DNA of 63,556 nucleotides, filler included. It is 7 parts of 7 records of this genome, joined end to end, with 100 filler letters (N's around TTAATTAATTAA, not from the genome) between each part and the next. Parts side by side here need not be neighbours in the genome. Positions count along the whole stretch, not along the records: positions 43,332 to 54,662 come from DRR723986_16850; positions 54,763 to 63,556 come from DRR723986_16854; 5 more parts are not named here. The stretch is one strand, 5' to 3'. This document shows positions 47,909 to 56,949 of this stretch, piece after piece (the first letter of the stretch is position 1; the number at the start of each line of letters is the position of its first letter). Made by a program: the position numbers and the translations under genes. The notes beneath the pieces were generated by a model. It was not told the origin of the DNA. It saw only the letters and a program-made list of their open reading frames with translations, and searched no databases.

Positions 47909-48715
47909 TTACTCGCCTTCTTCTTCCGTCGGCGTCGGGGCTTCTTCGTCAAAAGCCTCTTCCGCGGATTCGGTGGCGGCATCAGCCTCTTCAACGACAG
48001 CCTCGGTGACCGTTTCGGCTGCGCCTTCCACAGCTTCTTCGACCGGGGCAGCAGCTTCTTCACCTTCTGCCGGGGCTTCAACCCCTTCTTCGGCAGTCGC
48101 AGCGCCATCGTCTTCACCAGCGGCCGGCAACGGCGCCGGGAACGGCGGCGCGTCCGGAGAATTGGCGGCGAGATAGGCGATCACGTTGATACGGTCCGGA
48201 TCCTTGCGAAGACCGGCAAACGACATCGACGTACCGCGAGCGAAGGAGCTCGGGTTTTCCAGCCAGTGGTTCAGGTCTTCATAAGTCCAAATGCCGCCGA
48301 GATCGGTCATGGCAGCAGAGTAGTTGAAGTCTGCAAGATGGTGCTTGGCAGCGCCGACAACGCCATGAAGGTTCGGGCCGGTGCCATTGGCGCCGCCGTC
48401 ATCAATCGTGTGGCAGGTCGCGCACTGGCCCTTGAAGGTGCGTTCGCCGCGCGAAATGTCCGCAGCAGCAAGCAAGGCACCGAGGTCGAACACTTCTTCC
48501 TCTTCAGCTGCCGCGGCGCCACCGCCGGCAACTTCGACGCAGTAAGCGAATTTTTCGCACATCTGCTCCGACAGGGAAGTCGCTTCGGCGTGCTCTTCCC
48601 CGTGGCCTTCTCCACCATGGGCAAACACCACATCAGAAAGCGTCTTGAGGCCGAACAGGCCCAGTGCGGTCGCCAGCAGCGCCCCCATGATCTTGTTGAG
48701 ACCGAGTTCCCCCAT
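47909..48715 (-). CDS. Membrane-anchored cytochrome c (CycM/c_y-like)
   Basis: N-terminal anchor, CATCH haem motif, GPNLHGV, GTSMSFAG (axial Met); acidic tail. Confidence 0.9.
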   Translation of the reverse strand: MGELGLNKIMGALLATALGLFGLKTLSDVVFAHGGEGHGEEHAEATSLSEQMCEKFAYCVEVAGGGAAAAEEEEVFDLGALLAAADISRGERTFKGQCATCHTIDDGGANGTGPNLHGVVGAAKHHLADFNYSAAMTDLGGIWTYEDLNHWLENPSSFARGTSMSFAGLRKDPDRINVIAYLAANSPDAPPFPAPLPAAGEDDGAATAEEGVEAPAEGEEAAAPVEEAVEGAAETVTEAVVEEADAATESAEEAFDEEAPTPTEEEGE

Positions 48716-48872
48716 GAGGATCTTCCTTCGAATCTGTCTGGTCATAAGTCTTGGCGCGCGCCTTTTGGCACGCTAACGGGTGGCCCGCAATATAAAGGCT
48801 GCGCGACAGGGAAGCTTCCCCCGATCGTCGCGGCGATCCGACGCAGCACGAAACGGGGTAGAGGCCGGAAAA

Positions 48873-49709
48873 ATGACGGGAAAAATCGCATATCAGGGCG
48901 AACCGGGGGCCAATTCGCACATCGCCTGCAATCAGGCCTTTCCAGCGCTGGAACCCATGCCGTGCCGGACATTCGAGGACTGTTTCGCCGCTGTGGAAAA
49001 GGGCGAGGCGGATCTGGCCATGATTCCCGTCGAAAACACGATTGCCGGCCGGGTCAGCGATATTCACTCTCTTTTGCCGGGAACCAGCCTTCAGATCGTC
49101 GCTGAGCACTATCTGCCGATCCGGTTCCAGCTGATGGCCCTGCCGGGCGTGAAACTGGAGGAGGTCAAAAAGGCCCGGTCCCATATCATGGGTCTTGGCC
49201 AGTGCCGGAAATTCCTGCGGGCGCATGAGATTGATTCGGTGACATCGTCTGATACGGCTGGCGCCGCGCGCGAAGTGGCCGAAAGCGGCGACCGGACCCT
49301 TGCCGCCATCGCGCCACGTTTGGCCGCCGAAGTCTATGGCCTCGAAATTCTGGCCGAAGACATCGAAGACGCCGCGCACAACACGACCCGTTTCGTGATC
49401 ATGTCGCGCGAACCTTCCGAGATCGAGCTTGGTGACGGGCCTGCCAAGACGGCGTTTCTGTTCGAGGTGCGCAATATTCCTGCGGCGCTCTTCAAGGTGC
49501 TGGGCGGTTTCGCCACCAACGGCATCAACATGACCAAGCTGGAAAGCTACATGGTCGGCGGCAATTTCACCGCCACGCAGTTCTACGCCGAAATCGAAGG
49601 CCACCCGGATGAGCGCTCCGTCCAGCTTGCGCTGGAGGAGGTGGGCTTCTTCACACAGATGATGAAGCTGGTAGGTGTGTTCCCTGCGGCGAGCTATCGC
49701 GAAGGCTAG
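48873..49709 (+). CDS. pheA: Prephenate dehydratase
   Basis: IAYQGEPGA, IPVEN, HNTTRF, ACT domain with INMTKLES. Confidence 0.95.
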   Translation: MTGKIAYQGEPGANSHIACNQAFPALEPMPCRTFEDCFAAVEKGEADLAMIPVENTIAGRVSDIHSLLPGTSLQIVAEHYLPIRFQLMALPGVKLEEVKKARSHIMGLGQCRKFLRAHEIDSVTSSDTAGAAREVAESGDRTLAAIAPRLAAEVYGLEILAEDIEDAAHNTTRFVIMSREPSEIELGDGPAKTAFLFEVRNIPAALFKVLGGFATNGINMTKLESYMVGGNFTATQFYAEIEGHPDERSVQLALEEVGFFTQMMKLVGVFPAASYREG

Positions 49710-50599
49710 CAGATCTGGATTTTCGTTTTCAGGCTGTCGGCCAGGTGGTCTGCAAATAGCTTCGCCTTGCCACGGAGTTTGCCCGCGGCCCAGACGGCGT
49801 GGATTGACAGGCTTTGCGCGTTCCATTCAGGCAGGACGCGCACCAGCGTGTTCGAGCCGAGGCAATTTGAAACGAGCCAGCCCGGCGCCATCAGGATGCC
49901 GAGCCCATCCTCGGCGGCCTGCTGCAGGATCTCGCCACCGGAGGCACGGAACGGCCCGTCGACGGTCACGTCCTCCTTCTGATTACCATTGGTCAGTGTC
50001 CAGATGGTGGAGCGGGTATGGCGGAAGATCAGCGCGTCATGCTTGGCGAGGTCTGCCGGTTTTTGCGGCGTGCCTTTGCGCTCCAGGTAGGCAGGGGAGG
50101 CCCATAGCGCGCGCGGCGCCTCTGCCAGCTTCTTCGCCATCAGGCTGGAATCGGTCAGCTCCCCCAAGCGGAAGGCAAGGTCGACCCCTTCGCCGACAAT
50201 GTCGGTGAGAAAGTCGTCGCCGATCACATCGAACTTCACATGTGGATAGATGCGCATGAAGCTTGCGATTTCCGGCGCGATCACATGGCGGGCGAAGGAG
50301 TGGGAGCAGGAGATGCGCAGCAGGCCGACGGGTTCGTGTTCCAGTCCGCGTGCCTCGGCTTCGGCCTCGTCATACTCGGCGAGGATGTCGACAGCTCGGC
50401 GGTAGAAACGCTCGCCGGCTTCGGTAAGGCTGAGGGCCCGTGTCGTGCGCAGGAACAACATCGCATCGAGCTGGGATTCCAGATCCTGGATCCGGCGAGA
50501 AACCGTCGGCTGGCCGATCCCGAGATCCGCAGCAGCGCGAGAGAAGCTGCCCGCATCCGCTACACGGACGAACAGGCGCATTGCATCGATCCGGTCCAT
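49706..50599 (-). CDS. LysR-family regulator
   Basis: GSFSRAAADLGIGQPTVSRRIQDLE, RTTRALSLTEAG, EGVDLAFR. Confidence 0.95.
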   Translation of the reverse strand: MDRIDAMRLFVRVADAGSFSRAAADLGIGQPTVSRRIQDLESQLDAMLFLRTTRALSLTEAGERFYRRAVDILAEYDEAEAEARGLEHEPVGLLRISCSHSFARHVIAPEIASFMRIYPHVKFDVIGDDFLTDIVGEGVDLAFRLGELTDSSLMAKKLAEAPRALWASPAYLERKGTPQKPADLAKHDALIFRHTRSTIWTLTNGNQKEDVTVDGPFRASGGEILQQAAEDGLGILMAPGWLVSNCLGSNTLVRVLPEWNAQSLSIHAVWAAGKLRGKAKLFADHLADSLKTKIQIC

Positions 50600-50774
50600 T
50601 CGAACCCCCTTGCAGAACGAGCCTCTATGTAGGGAAGGCGGGTCCGTTCTGCGAGGGGGCAGGCGCAATTCCCGCTCTCGAACGGCCCACGAATCCGTGA
50701 CCGATGCTCACACGCCTTTGCTTTGCCCGTGTGCGGGGCGCCATGAGACAAACGGCTCAAAGGGAGACGCCATC

Positions 50775-51296
50775 ATGCTCGCACGAGTAAAGAAATACAC
50801 GCCCATCGCCTACAGCCTCGTGGCTTCAGTGGTGTTCCTCGATAGCTTGCGGTTCAAATTCACCAATGCGATCGAGACCCAGGTCATTTTCGGCCGGCTC
50901 GATGCCTGGGCCGCCAGCTTCGGCGCACCCGGCCTGTTCGCCCAGACGGGCCTGTTCAGCCAGTATGTCATCGGCACTGCAGAACTGGTGGCGGCAACGC
51001 TGCTCCTGCTTGGCCTGTTTCCCGCGCTGCGCCGCCTGCAGACACTGGGCGCGCTGATCGCTGTCGCTGTCATGACTGGCGCGGTGAACTTCCACCTCTG
51101 GACGCCGCTGGGCATCGATCCGAACAATGATGGTGGCGGCCTGTTCGCCATGGCCGTCACGGTCTGGCTCAGCTCGATTGCGATGCTGGCGGCACGCCGA
51201 GAGACCCTTGTCGCCATGCTTGCCGGTATCGGGAATGTCCTGGTGCCGCCTGTGAAAACATCTCTCCATACCGAAGCCCGGCACGCCCCTGCCTGA
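50775..51296 (+). CDS. DoxX-like membrane protein
   Basis: FLDSLRFKFT, IGTAEL, MTGAVNFHL, DGGGLF; 4 TMs; RBS GGGAG. Confidence 0.75.
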   Translation: MLARVKKYTPIAYSLVASVVFLDSLRFKFTNAIETQVIFGRLDAWAASFGAPGLFAQTGLFSQYVIGTAELVAATLLLLGLFPALRRLQTLGALIAVAVMTGAVNFHLWTPLGIDPNNDGGGLFAMAVTVWLSSIAMLAARRETLVAMLAGIGNVLVPPVKTSLHTEARHAPA

Positions 51297-51368
51297 GGCT
51301 TTACGCCGGCCGTCAGAGCTTCACCCCTGGCTGGCGGCCGGCTCCAATTTTTGAAAGGATCCCCTCTG

Positions 51369-51827
51369 ATGAAACTTCGTCCTCTTTTCCTGGCCGCGTT
51401 CATTGCTTTTGCACCAGTCGCTGCCTTGGCACCCGCAGCCCATGCGGAGCCGGCAATTTATACCGGCCGGTTCTCGGATACGGCCCTGCAGGGGTATGAC
51501 CCTGTGGCCTATTTCACCAAAGGCGAGCCGGTGAAGGGGTCCAAGGAATTCTCCACGGAATATCTGGGCGCCACGTTCCAGTTTGCCTCGGTTGCAAACC
51601 GGGACGCCTTCCTCGCTGACCCGGCGGCCTACGCCCCGCAATATGGCGGTTACTGCGCCTGGGCCATGGCTGACGGCAAATACGCCAAGGGTGATGCGAA
51701 ACACTGGAAGATCGTCGATGGCAAGCTCTACCTGAACTACAATGCCGGCATTCAGAAAAAGTGGAATGCCGATGTTCCGGGCTTCATCGAAAAGGCAGAC
51801 AAGCAGTGGAACGAGCTGCGGGAGTAA
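51369..51827 (+). CDS. Periplasmic YHS-domain protein (Cys form)
   Basis: Signal peptide; GYDPVAYF, NRDAF..DP..YAPQYGGYCAW, IVDGKLYLN. Confidence 0.88.
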   Translation: MKLRPLFLAAFIAFAPVAALAPAAHAEPAIYTGRFSDTALQGYDPVAYFTKGEPVKGSKEFSTEYLGATFQFASVANRDAFLADPAAYAPQYGGYCAWAMADGKYAKGDAKHWKIVDGKLYLNYNAGIQKKWNADVPGFIEKADKQWNELRE

Positions 51828-51867
51828 TCGCTTTGCGCACGAGGGGAACGACTGCTTAATTTTGATC

Positions 51868-52045
51868 ATGACACAGGTTTAAGTTCTGTTTCGTAGCCCA
51901 TTGATTACGTCTTTGAAGACGGCGGGCTTTCCTGGTCAGCACCCACTGTACGGCTCGCCGCTTCTCATTGCACGCAATGTCCCCCTTCTGACGCGTGCAA
52001 CAGCAGAAACCCCCGCTTTGCTTACCAGGCGGGGGTTTCTCACAT
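51868..52045 (+). ncRNA. Candidate small RNA
   Basis: Intergenic, ORF-poor; putative -35/-10 upstream, two hairpins (one with a C-rich loop) and a terminal 12-bp stem; boundaries approximate. Confidence 0.4.
52005..52040 (+). terminator. Terminator-like hairpin
   Basis: AGAAACCCCCGC-N12-GCGGGGGTTTCT. Confidence 0.75.
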
Positions 52046-52064
52046 TTCAGGATATAGCCTGAAC

Positions 52065-52095
52065 AAAAAAAGCGGACGTGGTTTCCCGCGTCCGC
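52065..52095 (-). terminator. Intrinsic terminator of the histone-like gene
   Basis: Minus strand GCGGACG...CGTCCGC followed by T7. Confidence 0.8.
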
Positions 52096-52120
52096 CTTTC
52101 CTGGAACTTTATTGTCCGGC

Positions 52121-52414
52121 TTACTTTTTCTTCGCAGCCGGTTTCTTCGCAGCAGGCTTCTTGGCGGCGGCCGGCTTCTTTGCAGCAGGCTTGGCAGCTT
52201 TCGGAGCAGCTTTTTTCACGGCCGGCTTCGCAGCCGGTTTCTTTGCAACCGGCTTCTTTGCGACAGCAGGTTTCTTTGCGGCCGGCTTTTTGGCGGCAGC
52301 GGTCTTCGTTGCAGTCGCAGCCTTTGCGGCCGGTTTCTTCGCGACCGGCTTTTTCACGGCTGGCTTTTTTGCCGCCGGTTTTTTCGCAGCCGGTTTTTTC
52401 GTTGCAGTTGCCAT
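52121..52414 (-). CDS. Histone-H1-like Lys/Ala/Pro repeat protein
   Basis: 97 aa with 12 KKP pentapeptide-type repeats, RBS CAGGAG, its own terminator. Confidence 0.85.
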   Translation of the reverse strand: MATATKKPAAKKPAAKKPAVKKPVAKKPAAKAATATKTAAAKKPAAKKPAVAKKPVAKKPAAKPAVKKAAPKAAKPAAKKPAAAKKPAAKKPAAKKK

Positions 52415-52519
52415 GTCCGATCTCCTGTCAGTGGCAAATTTCTCACTAATGTGATTCGCGCGAACTCAACTCCAGATTTTCGCCTGTGAAGAGAGGCGAA
52501 ACACGCCTTCCGTGTGCGG

Positions 52520-53443
52520 TCAATGATCTTTTTCTGACCAGGCTTTCATGATGTGGTGGGCGATGGCCATCGGCGGCGGCCCGAAGATCTCTTCATGAGA
52601 GTGGTTCAGAATCCGGACCATCTCTTCGCGCGTCACCCAGCGGGCCGTTTCGATCTCTTTCTCATCGATCGAAATGTCGAACCCTTCCGCTTCCAGGATG
52701 AGGCCGACCATCAACGAAGAAGGGAAGGGCCAGGGCTGGCACGCGACATACTCTGCGCTCGCAGCATCAGTAACTACACCAGCTTCCTCGAAAATTTCGC
52801 GCGCCGCCGCTTGCTCAATCGTTTCTCCGGGTTCGCAGAATCCGGCGAGGCAGGAATAGAATCCCGGTGGCCACATCTTCTGTCTTCCGATCAGCGCCTT
52901 GCCATCTTTTACCGCCAGCATGATCGCGACGGGGTCGGTGCGCGGGAAATGTTCGGCGCCGCACGACGGGCATTGCCGCTTCCATCCAGCTTCGACCATC
53001 GCACTTTCTGCACCGCATTTTGAGCAGAACCTGTGGCTCTGGTGCCACATGAAAATCGACCGCGCGGTCGAGGCGCAGTTGCCATCCATGTCTGGAATTG
53101 ATCCGGCAGCCGCACGGAAATCGAGAAATTTTCCCGCGCCCGCGATCAGCGATCCATCGAGATCGAAACGCTCTGGCAAGTCGATCGCGAACACGGGCGT
53201 CCCGGCCTTGTCCTCTCCCAGAAAGAGGCGAGGCGATCCCGGTGAAATGCGCGCAGCTTCCGGCCCCATCCAGACCAGCCCGCTCTCACGGCCCGGATGC
53301 ACGAAAGGTTCGCCGTTCCGCATCAGCAGGACCAGCACATCTTCCCGTGCAAAAGCTTCCTCCAGCCAGGCCTCGTCCAGCCGCCGGTGCGCGGCGCGGT
53401 CAATCGGTTTCGCCGCAAGCGGCATATCGTTTGAGTTCGTCAT
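52520..53443 (-). CDS. nudC: NAD(H) pyrophosphatase / NAD-cap decapping Nudix enzyme
   Basis: Zn ribbon CSKC..CPSC, FPRTDP, Nudix box, QPWPFPSS signature. Confidence 0.95.
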   Translation of the reverse strand: MTNSNDMPLAAKPIDRAAHRRLDEAWLEEAFAREDVLVLLMRNGEPFVHPGRESGLVWMGPEAARISPGSPRLFLGEDKAGTPVFAIDLPERFDLDGSLIAGAGKFLDFRAAAGSIPDMDGNCASTARSIFMWHQSHRFCSKCGAESAMVEAGWKRQCPSCGAEHFPRTDPVAIMLAVKDGKALIGRQKMWPPGFYSCLAGFCEPGETIEQAAAREIFEEAGVVTDAASAEYVACQPWPFPSSLMVGLILEAEGFDISIDEKEIETARWVTREEMVRILNHSHEEIFGPPPMAIAHHIMKAWSEKDH

Positions 53444-53504
53444 GCAACGCGCATGCAGCAGCTTTTGGCTCCGATCAAGACGGCACCGCGCGGAAGCTTG
53501 CTGA

Positions 53505-54080
53505 TCAGGCGGTCACGGACTCGCGCTGGCCAGCATGTTTGCCCTCGCAGATATCTTCAACGATCTTGGCATTGAACCGGTCAAGGTCGTCCGGGTTGCG
53601 CGAGGTGACGAGTCCTTGGTCCACCACAACCGGTTCGTCGGTCACGACAGCGCCCGCATTTTTCAAGTCCTGCTGGATTGCGGAGAAACCCGTCATTTTA
53701 CGGCCATTCACCAGGCCGGCCGAGATGAGGACCTGCGGCCCGTGGCAGATGGCGAAGACCGGCTTCTTCTGCTCAAAGAAAGCCAAGGCGAATGCCAGGG
53801 CTCTGCTGTTACGGCGCAGCGCGTCCGGATTGAACAGGCCGCCCGGAATGAGCAGCGCATCAAAGTCTTCCGCCTTCGCCTCGTCCAGTTTCACATCCAC
53901 ATCAAACCAGTCACCGTGTTCGCGGTGCTTGTTGCCCTGGATGCGCTGATCGTTCGGCGACACGATCTTGCAGGTGCCGCCTGCATTCTCGATGGCCTCT
54001 TTCGGCGAGGTCAGCTCGATTTGCTCAAATCCGTCGGTTGCGAGAATGGCGAGGGTGCGGTTTTCGGCACGTTTCGTCAT
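53505..54080 (-). CDS. PfpI/DJ-1 family protein (YhbO-like)
   Basis: ATDGFEQIE, IPGG, AICHGP nucleophile, LVTSRNPDDL. Confidence 0.93.
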   Translation of the reverse strand: MTKRAENRTLAILATDGFEQIELTSPKEAIENAGGTCKIVSPNDQRIQGNKHREHGDWFDVDVKLDEAKAEDFDALLIPGGLFNPDALRRNSRALAFALAFFEQKKPVFAICHGPQVLISAGLVNGRKMTGFSAIQQDLKNAGAVVTDEPVVVDQGLVTSRNPDDLDRFNAKIVEDICEGKHAGQRESVTA

Positions 54081-54326
54081 GATGAATCCTTTCCTGCTAA
54101 TCTGGCGCGCGGATTGTGTCGCGCGGTCCCGTCCAGCCCTGTACCTTATCAATGGGTGGGGCAGGGCTCTGTTCCATGACGATTGCAACAGGAAGCGGCG
54201 CCTTCGCCGATATGGCAGCTGTTCAGCACCAGGGGCCTTTCTGACACTTGGGCATAGCCAAACCGGGCGGCATCCTGTACCGGGCGCGGGAATTCCCCTT
54301 TCTTACCTCCCGAAAGCCTGCCGTAC

Positions 54327-54662
54327 ATGTCCACGCCTATCGAAAAAATGCGTAACATCGCCATCATCGCCCACGTCGACCACGGGAAGACGACGCTGGT
54401 GGATGAGCTTCTCAAACAATCCGGCACCTTCCGTGAAAACGAGAAGACGGCTGAGCGGATGATGGATTCCAACGATCTGGAAAAAGAGCGCGGCATCACC
54501 ATTCTCGCCAAGACGACGTCGGTCGAGTGGAACGGATACCGCATCAACATCGTCGATACGCCAGGACACGCCGATTTCGGCGGTGAGGTGGAGCGTATCC
54601 TGCACATGGTGGACGGCGCCATTGTTCTGGTCGACGCCGCCGAAGGCCCGATGCCGCAGACC
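54327..54662 (+). CDS. typA: Translational GTPase TypA/BipA, N-terminal fragment
   Basis: [49 protein letters not shown]. Confidence 0.96.
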
Positions 54663-54762
54663 NNNNNNNNNNNNNNNNNNNNNNNNNNNNNNNNNNNNNN
54701 NNNNNNTTAATTAATTAANNNNNNNNNNNNNNNNNNNNNNNNNNNNNNNNNNNNNNNNNNNN
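54663..54762. other. Artificial contig linker
   Basis: N44-TTAATTAATTAA-N44. Confidence 0.99.
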
Positions 54763-54999
54763 TCTGAAATCAGCCGTGACCGCGTTGAAGATGCGCGCAA
54801 TGTGCTGAAAGAAGGCGAAGAAGTTGAAGTTAAGATCATCAGCGTAGATCGCAAGAACCGCGCTCTGAGCCTGTCTATCAAAGCGAAAGACATGGAAGAC
54901 GAGAAAGAAGCGGTTAAAGCCCTGCGCGAGAAGGAAACTGAAGCTGCCCCTGCAACTATCGGTGACCTGATCAAAGCTCAGATGGAAAGCAAGGACTAA
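54763..54999 (+). CDS. rpsA: 30S ribosomal protein S1, C-terminal fragment
   Basis: [43 protein letters not shown]...[10 protein letters not shown]; upstream of ihfB. Confidence 0.95.
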   Translation, partial: SEISRDRVEDARNVLKEGEEVEVKIISVDRKNRALSLSIKAKDMEDEKEAVKALREKETEAAPATIGDLIKAQMESKD

Positions 55000-55010
55000 G
55001 TCCTAATGCT

Positions 55011-55036
55011 GCGGGCATTCTCTTGTGAATGCCCGT
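55011..55036 (+). terminator. Hairpin after rpsA (no clear U-tract)
   Basis: GCGGGCATTC-N6-GAATGCCCGT. Confidence 0.5.
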
Positions 55037-55103
55037 AACATACTGGCTTATAAGCAAAAAAGTGCTAAGCTAGGCTTGATGTCGGAATTGACGGGATTAA
55101 GCA

Positions 55104-55397
55104 ATGACCAAATCTGAGTTGATAGAGCTGATGGCTGAGCGTCAGCCCCAGTTATCTCACAAGGATATTGAACTGGCTGTGAAGACCATGATTGAGCATA
55201 TGTCTCAAGTATTGGCGACTGGCAGCCGGATTGAAATTCGGGGATTTGGTAGCTTCTCTCTGCATTATCGCGAGCCTCGCATGGGCCGTAACCCTAAAAC
55301 GGGCGAAACGGTTCAGTTACCGGGAAAATATGTTCCACATTTTAAGCCGGGTAAAGAGCTTCGTGAGCGAGTAAACCAGAGTTTGATCTCGAGCTAA
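55104..55397 (+). CDS. ihfB: Integration host factor beta
   Basis: [39 protein letters not shown]. Confidence 0.97.
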   Translation: MTKSELIELMAERQPQLSHKDIELAVKTMIEHMSQVLATGSRIEIRGFGSFSLHYREPRMGRNPKTGETVQLPGKYVPHFKPGKELRERVNQSLISS

Positions 55398-55425
55398 GGC
55401 AGCGTAGCTAGCCTTCTCTAAACAG

Positions 55426-55458
55426 AAACGGTATGGTCTTTGGCCATACCGTTTTTTT
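55426..55458 (+). terminator. Intrinsic terminator after ihfB
   Basis: AAACGGTATGG-N7-CCATACCGTTTTTTT. Confidence 0.85.
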
Positions 55459-55474
55459 ATGGGTGTCATGTCAG

Positions 55475-55765
55475 ATGCAGATCCTTAAGTCCATCTTCCT
55501 ATTGCTGCTCATCGTTGCTGTTATTGCATTTGGACTGCTTTTTAGCATCGAGAACACAGCGTTGGTCCCGCTCAATATCCTCATTATGGAGTTGCCGGAA
55601 CAGCGTATATCGACTTGGATGATCGCCGCCTTTTTTACCGGCGGTGTCTGCGGGATATTATCTGCATCGCTGTTAGTGTTGCGCTTGCAGGCGAGCAGAA
55701 TGCGTTTGCGTCGCAGCTTGCGGCAGCCTTCAACCCCGCCTGTGGAGGCCGGTCCTAGCCGCTAG
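55475..55765 (+). CDS. lapA: Lipopolysaccharide assembly protein A
   Basis: Two TMs around an FxxxN motif, basic tail; sits between ihfB and lapB. Confidence 0.8.
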   Translation: MQILKSIFLLLLIVAVIAFGLLFSIENTALVPLNILIMELPEQRISTWMIAAFFTGGVCGILSASLLVLRLQASRMRLRRSLRQPSTPPVEAGPSR

Positions 55766-55770
55766 CAGCA

Positions 55771-56943
55771 ATGGAGCTATTGCTACCCTTTACCTTATTG
55801 TTCTTTGCCACAGCGCTGGGTTGGCTGTTGGGGAGGCGCTCGCAGAGTCGTTCGGGGGTCTCGGGAAAAGGTCGTGATGACGCCTATTACCACAGCCTGC
55901 GCTTTCTGCTCAGTGAGCAGCCTGGCACCGCTGTTGATGAATTCATTCAGGCCATTGCCGTCAATGAGCAGACCCTGGATACCCATCTTTCCTTGGCGCG
56001 ATTAATGCGTGGCAAGGGCGAATTGGAAGCGGCTACGCGGATTCACCAGAACCTGTTGGCGCGACCCAACCTTCCCAAAAGTGGCTTGCAGCAGGTGCAT
56101 CTGGAGCTGGCTAAGGATTACATATCCGCAGGCTTACACGACCGGGCTGAGCGACTATTGCGGGACTTGGTGGCGGAGGCGAGTGAGAACGAGGCCGAGG
56201 CACTCGACTACCTCCAGCAAATCTATCAGGCCGAGAAAGACTGGGAAAAGGCGATCGCCGTTGCGAGACGACGCTTGCCCAAGCGTGGTTGGCTACTTAA
56301 ACAAAAAGCTGACAGCGGTCCGCAAGTTTCGGTGGCATTGAGTCACTATTATTGTGAGCTCGCCGACGAACGCGCCTCTGCTGGAGATTGGACTCAGGCG
56401 AAATCGATATTGCAAAAAGCGCGGGAGGCCGACGCCGAAAACCCGCGGGCGGCAATGTCATTGACGAAGTTAGTAATGGACGAACAGCCCGAGTATGCGC
56501 TGAATTTATTGCACGCTGTCGCGGAGGGGCAACCCGCTTATGCCAGCGAAATACTGCCTCTGTTTCGCGATGCTTTCAGTCGTCTTGCCGATGCGCCGTC
56601 ATACTCTCAGGCGCTGCGTGCGCTGGCACAGGTGACGCAGAGCTCTACCTTGCACAACGAGGTGGCGAAAGAATTCGAGAGCCTTGAGGCGGCGCGAGCC
56701 TACCTTAAAGACGCGGTGTCTCAGCGGCCGACGATAAAATTACTGTTGGCGCTGCTTGAGCGGGAATTGGACGCAAGCGAATCCGGGCGAGAAATTGTGT
56801 CCGAGTTACATAGTTTATGTGCAAGTCGGCCCAGTTATTGTTGTCGACATTGCGGCTTTTCGGGTCGGAAACAACACTGGCTGTGTCCCAGCTGCGAGCA
56901 GTGGGGTACTATTGCGCCCATCCGTAGTAGCCAAGGCGATTAA
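55771..56943 (+). CDS. lapB: Lipopolysaccharide assembly protein B
   Basis: N-terminal TM, TPRs (RIHQNLLAR, DRAE), C-terminal rubredoxin CRHC...CPSC. Confidence 0.9.
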   Translation: MELLLPFTLLFFATALGWLLGRRSQSRSGVSGKGRDDAYYHSLRFLLSEQPGTAVDEFIQAIAVNEQTLDTHLSLARLMRGKGELEAATRIHQNLLARPNLPKSGLQQVHLELAKDYISAGLHDRAERLLRDLVAEASENEAEALDYLQQIYQAEKDWEKAIAVARRRLPKRGWLLKQKADSGPQVSVALSHYYCELADERASAGDWTQAKSILQKAREADAENPRAAMSLTKLVMDEQPEYALNLLHAVAEGQPAYASEILPLFRDAFSRLADAPSYSQALRALAQVTQSSTLHNEVAKEFESLEAARAYLKDAVSQRPTIKLLLALLERELDASESGREIVSELHSLCASRPSYCCRHCGFSGRKQHWLCPSCEQWGTIAPIRSSQGD

Positions 56944-56949
56944 CTTTCC

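Noticed and set aside
51369-51827. Possible selenocysteine recoding in the YHS protein
   Set aside because: The codon at GGYC is TGC (Cys); no in-frame TGA
52078-52489. Plus-strand repetitive ORFs (GFFAA / SLRPA types) and a possible CRISPR-like reading of the 15-nt periodicity
   Set aside because: They are antisense reflections of the KKPAA coding repeats; no unique spacers and no cas genes
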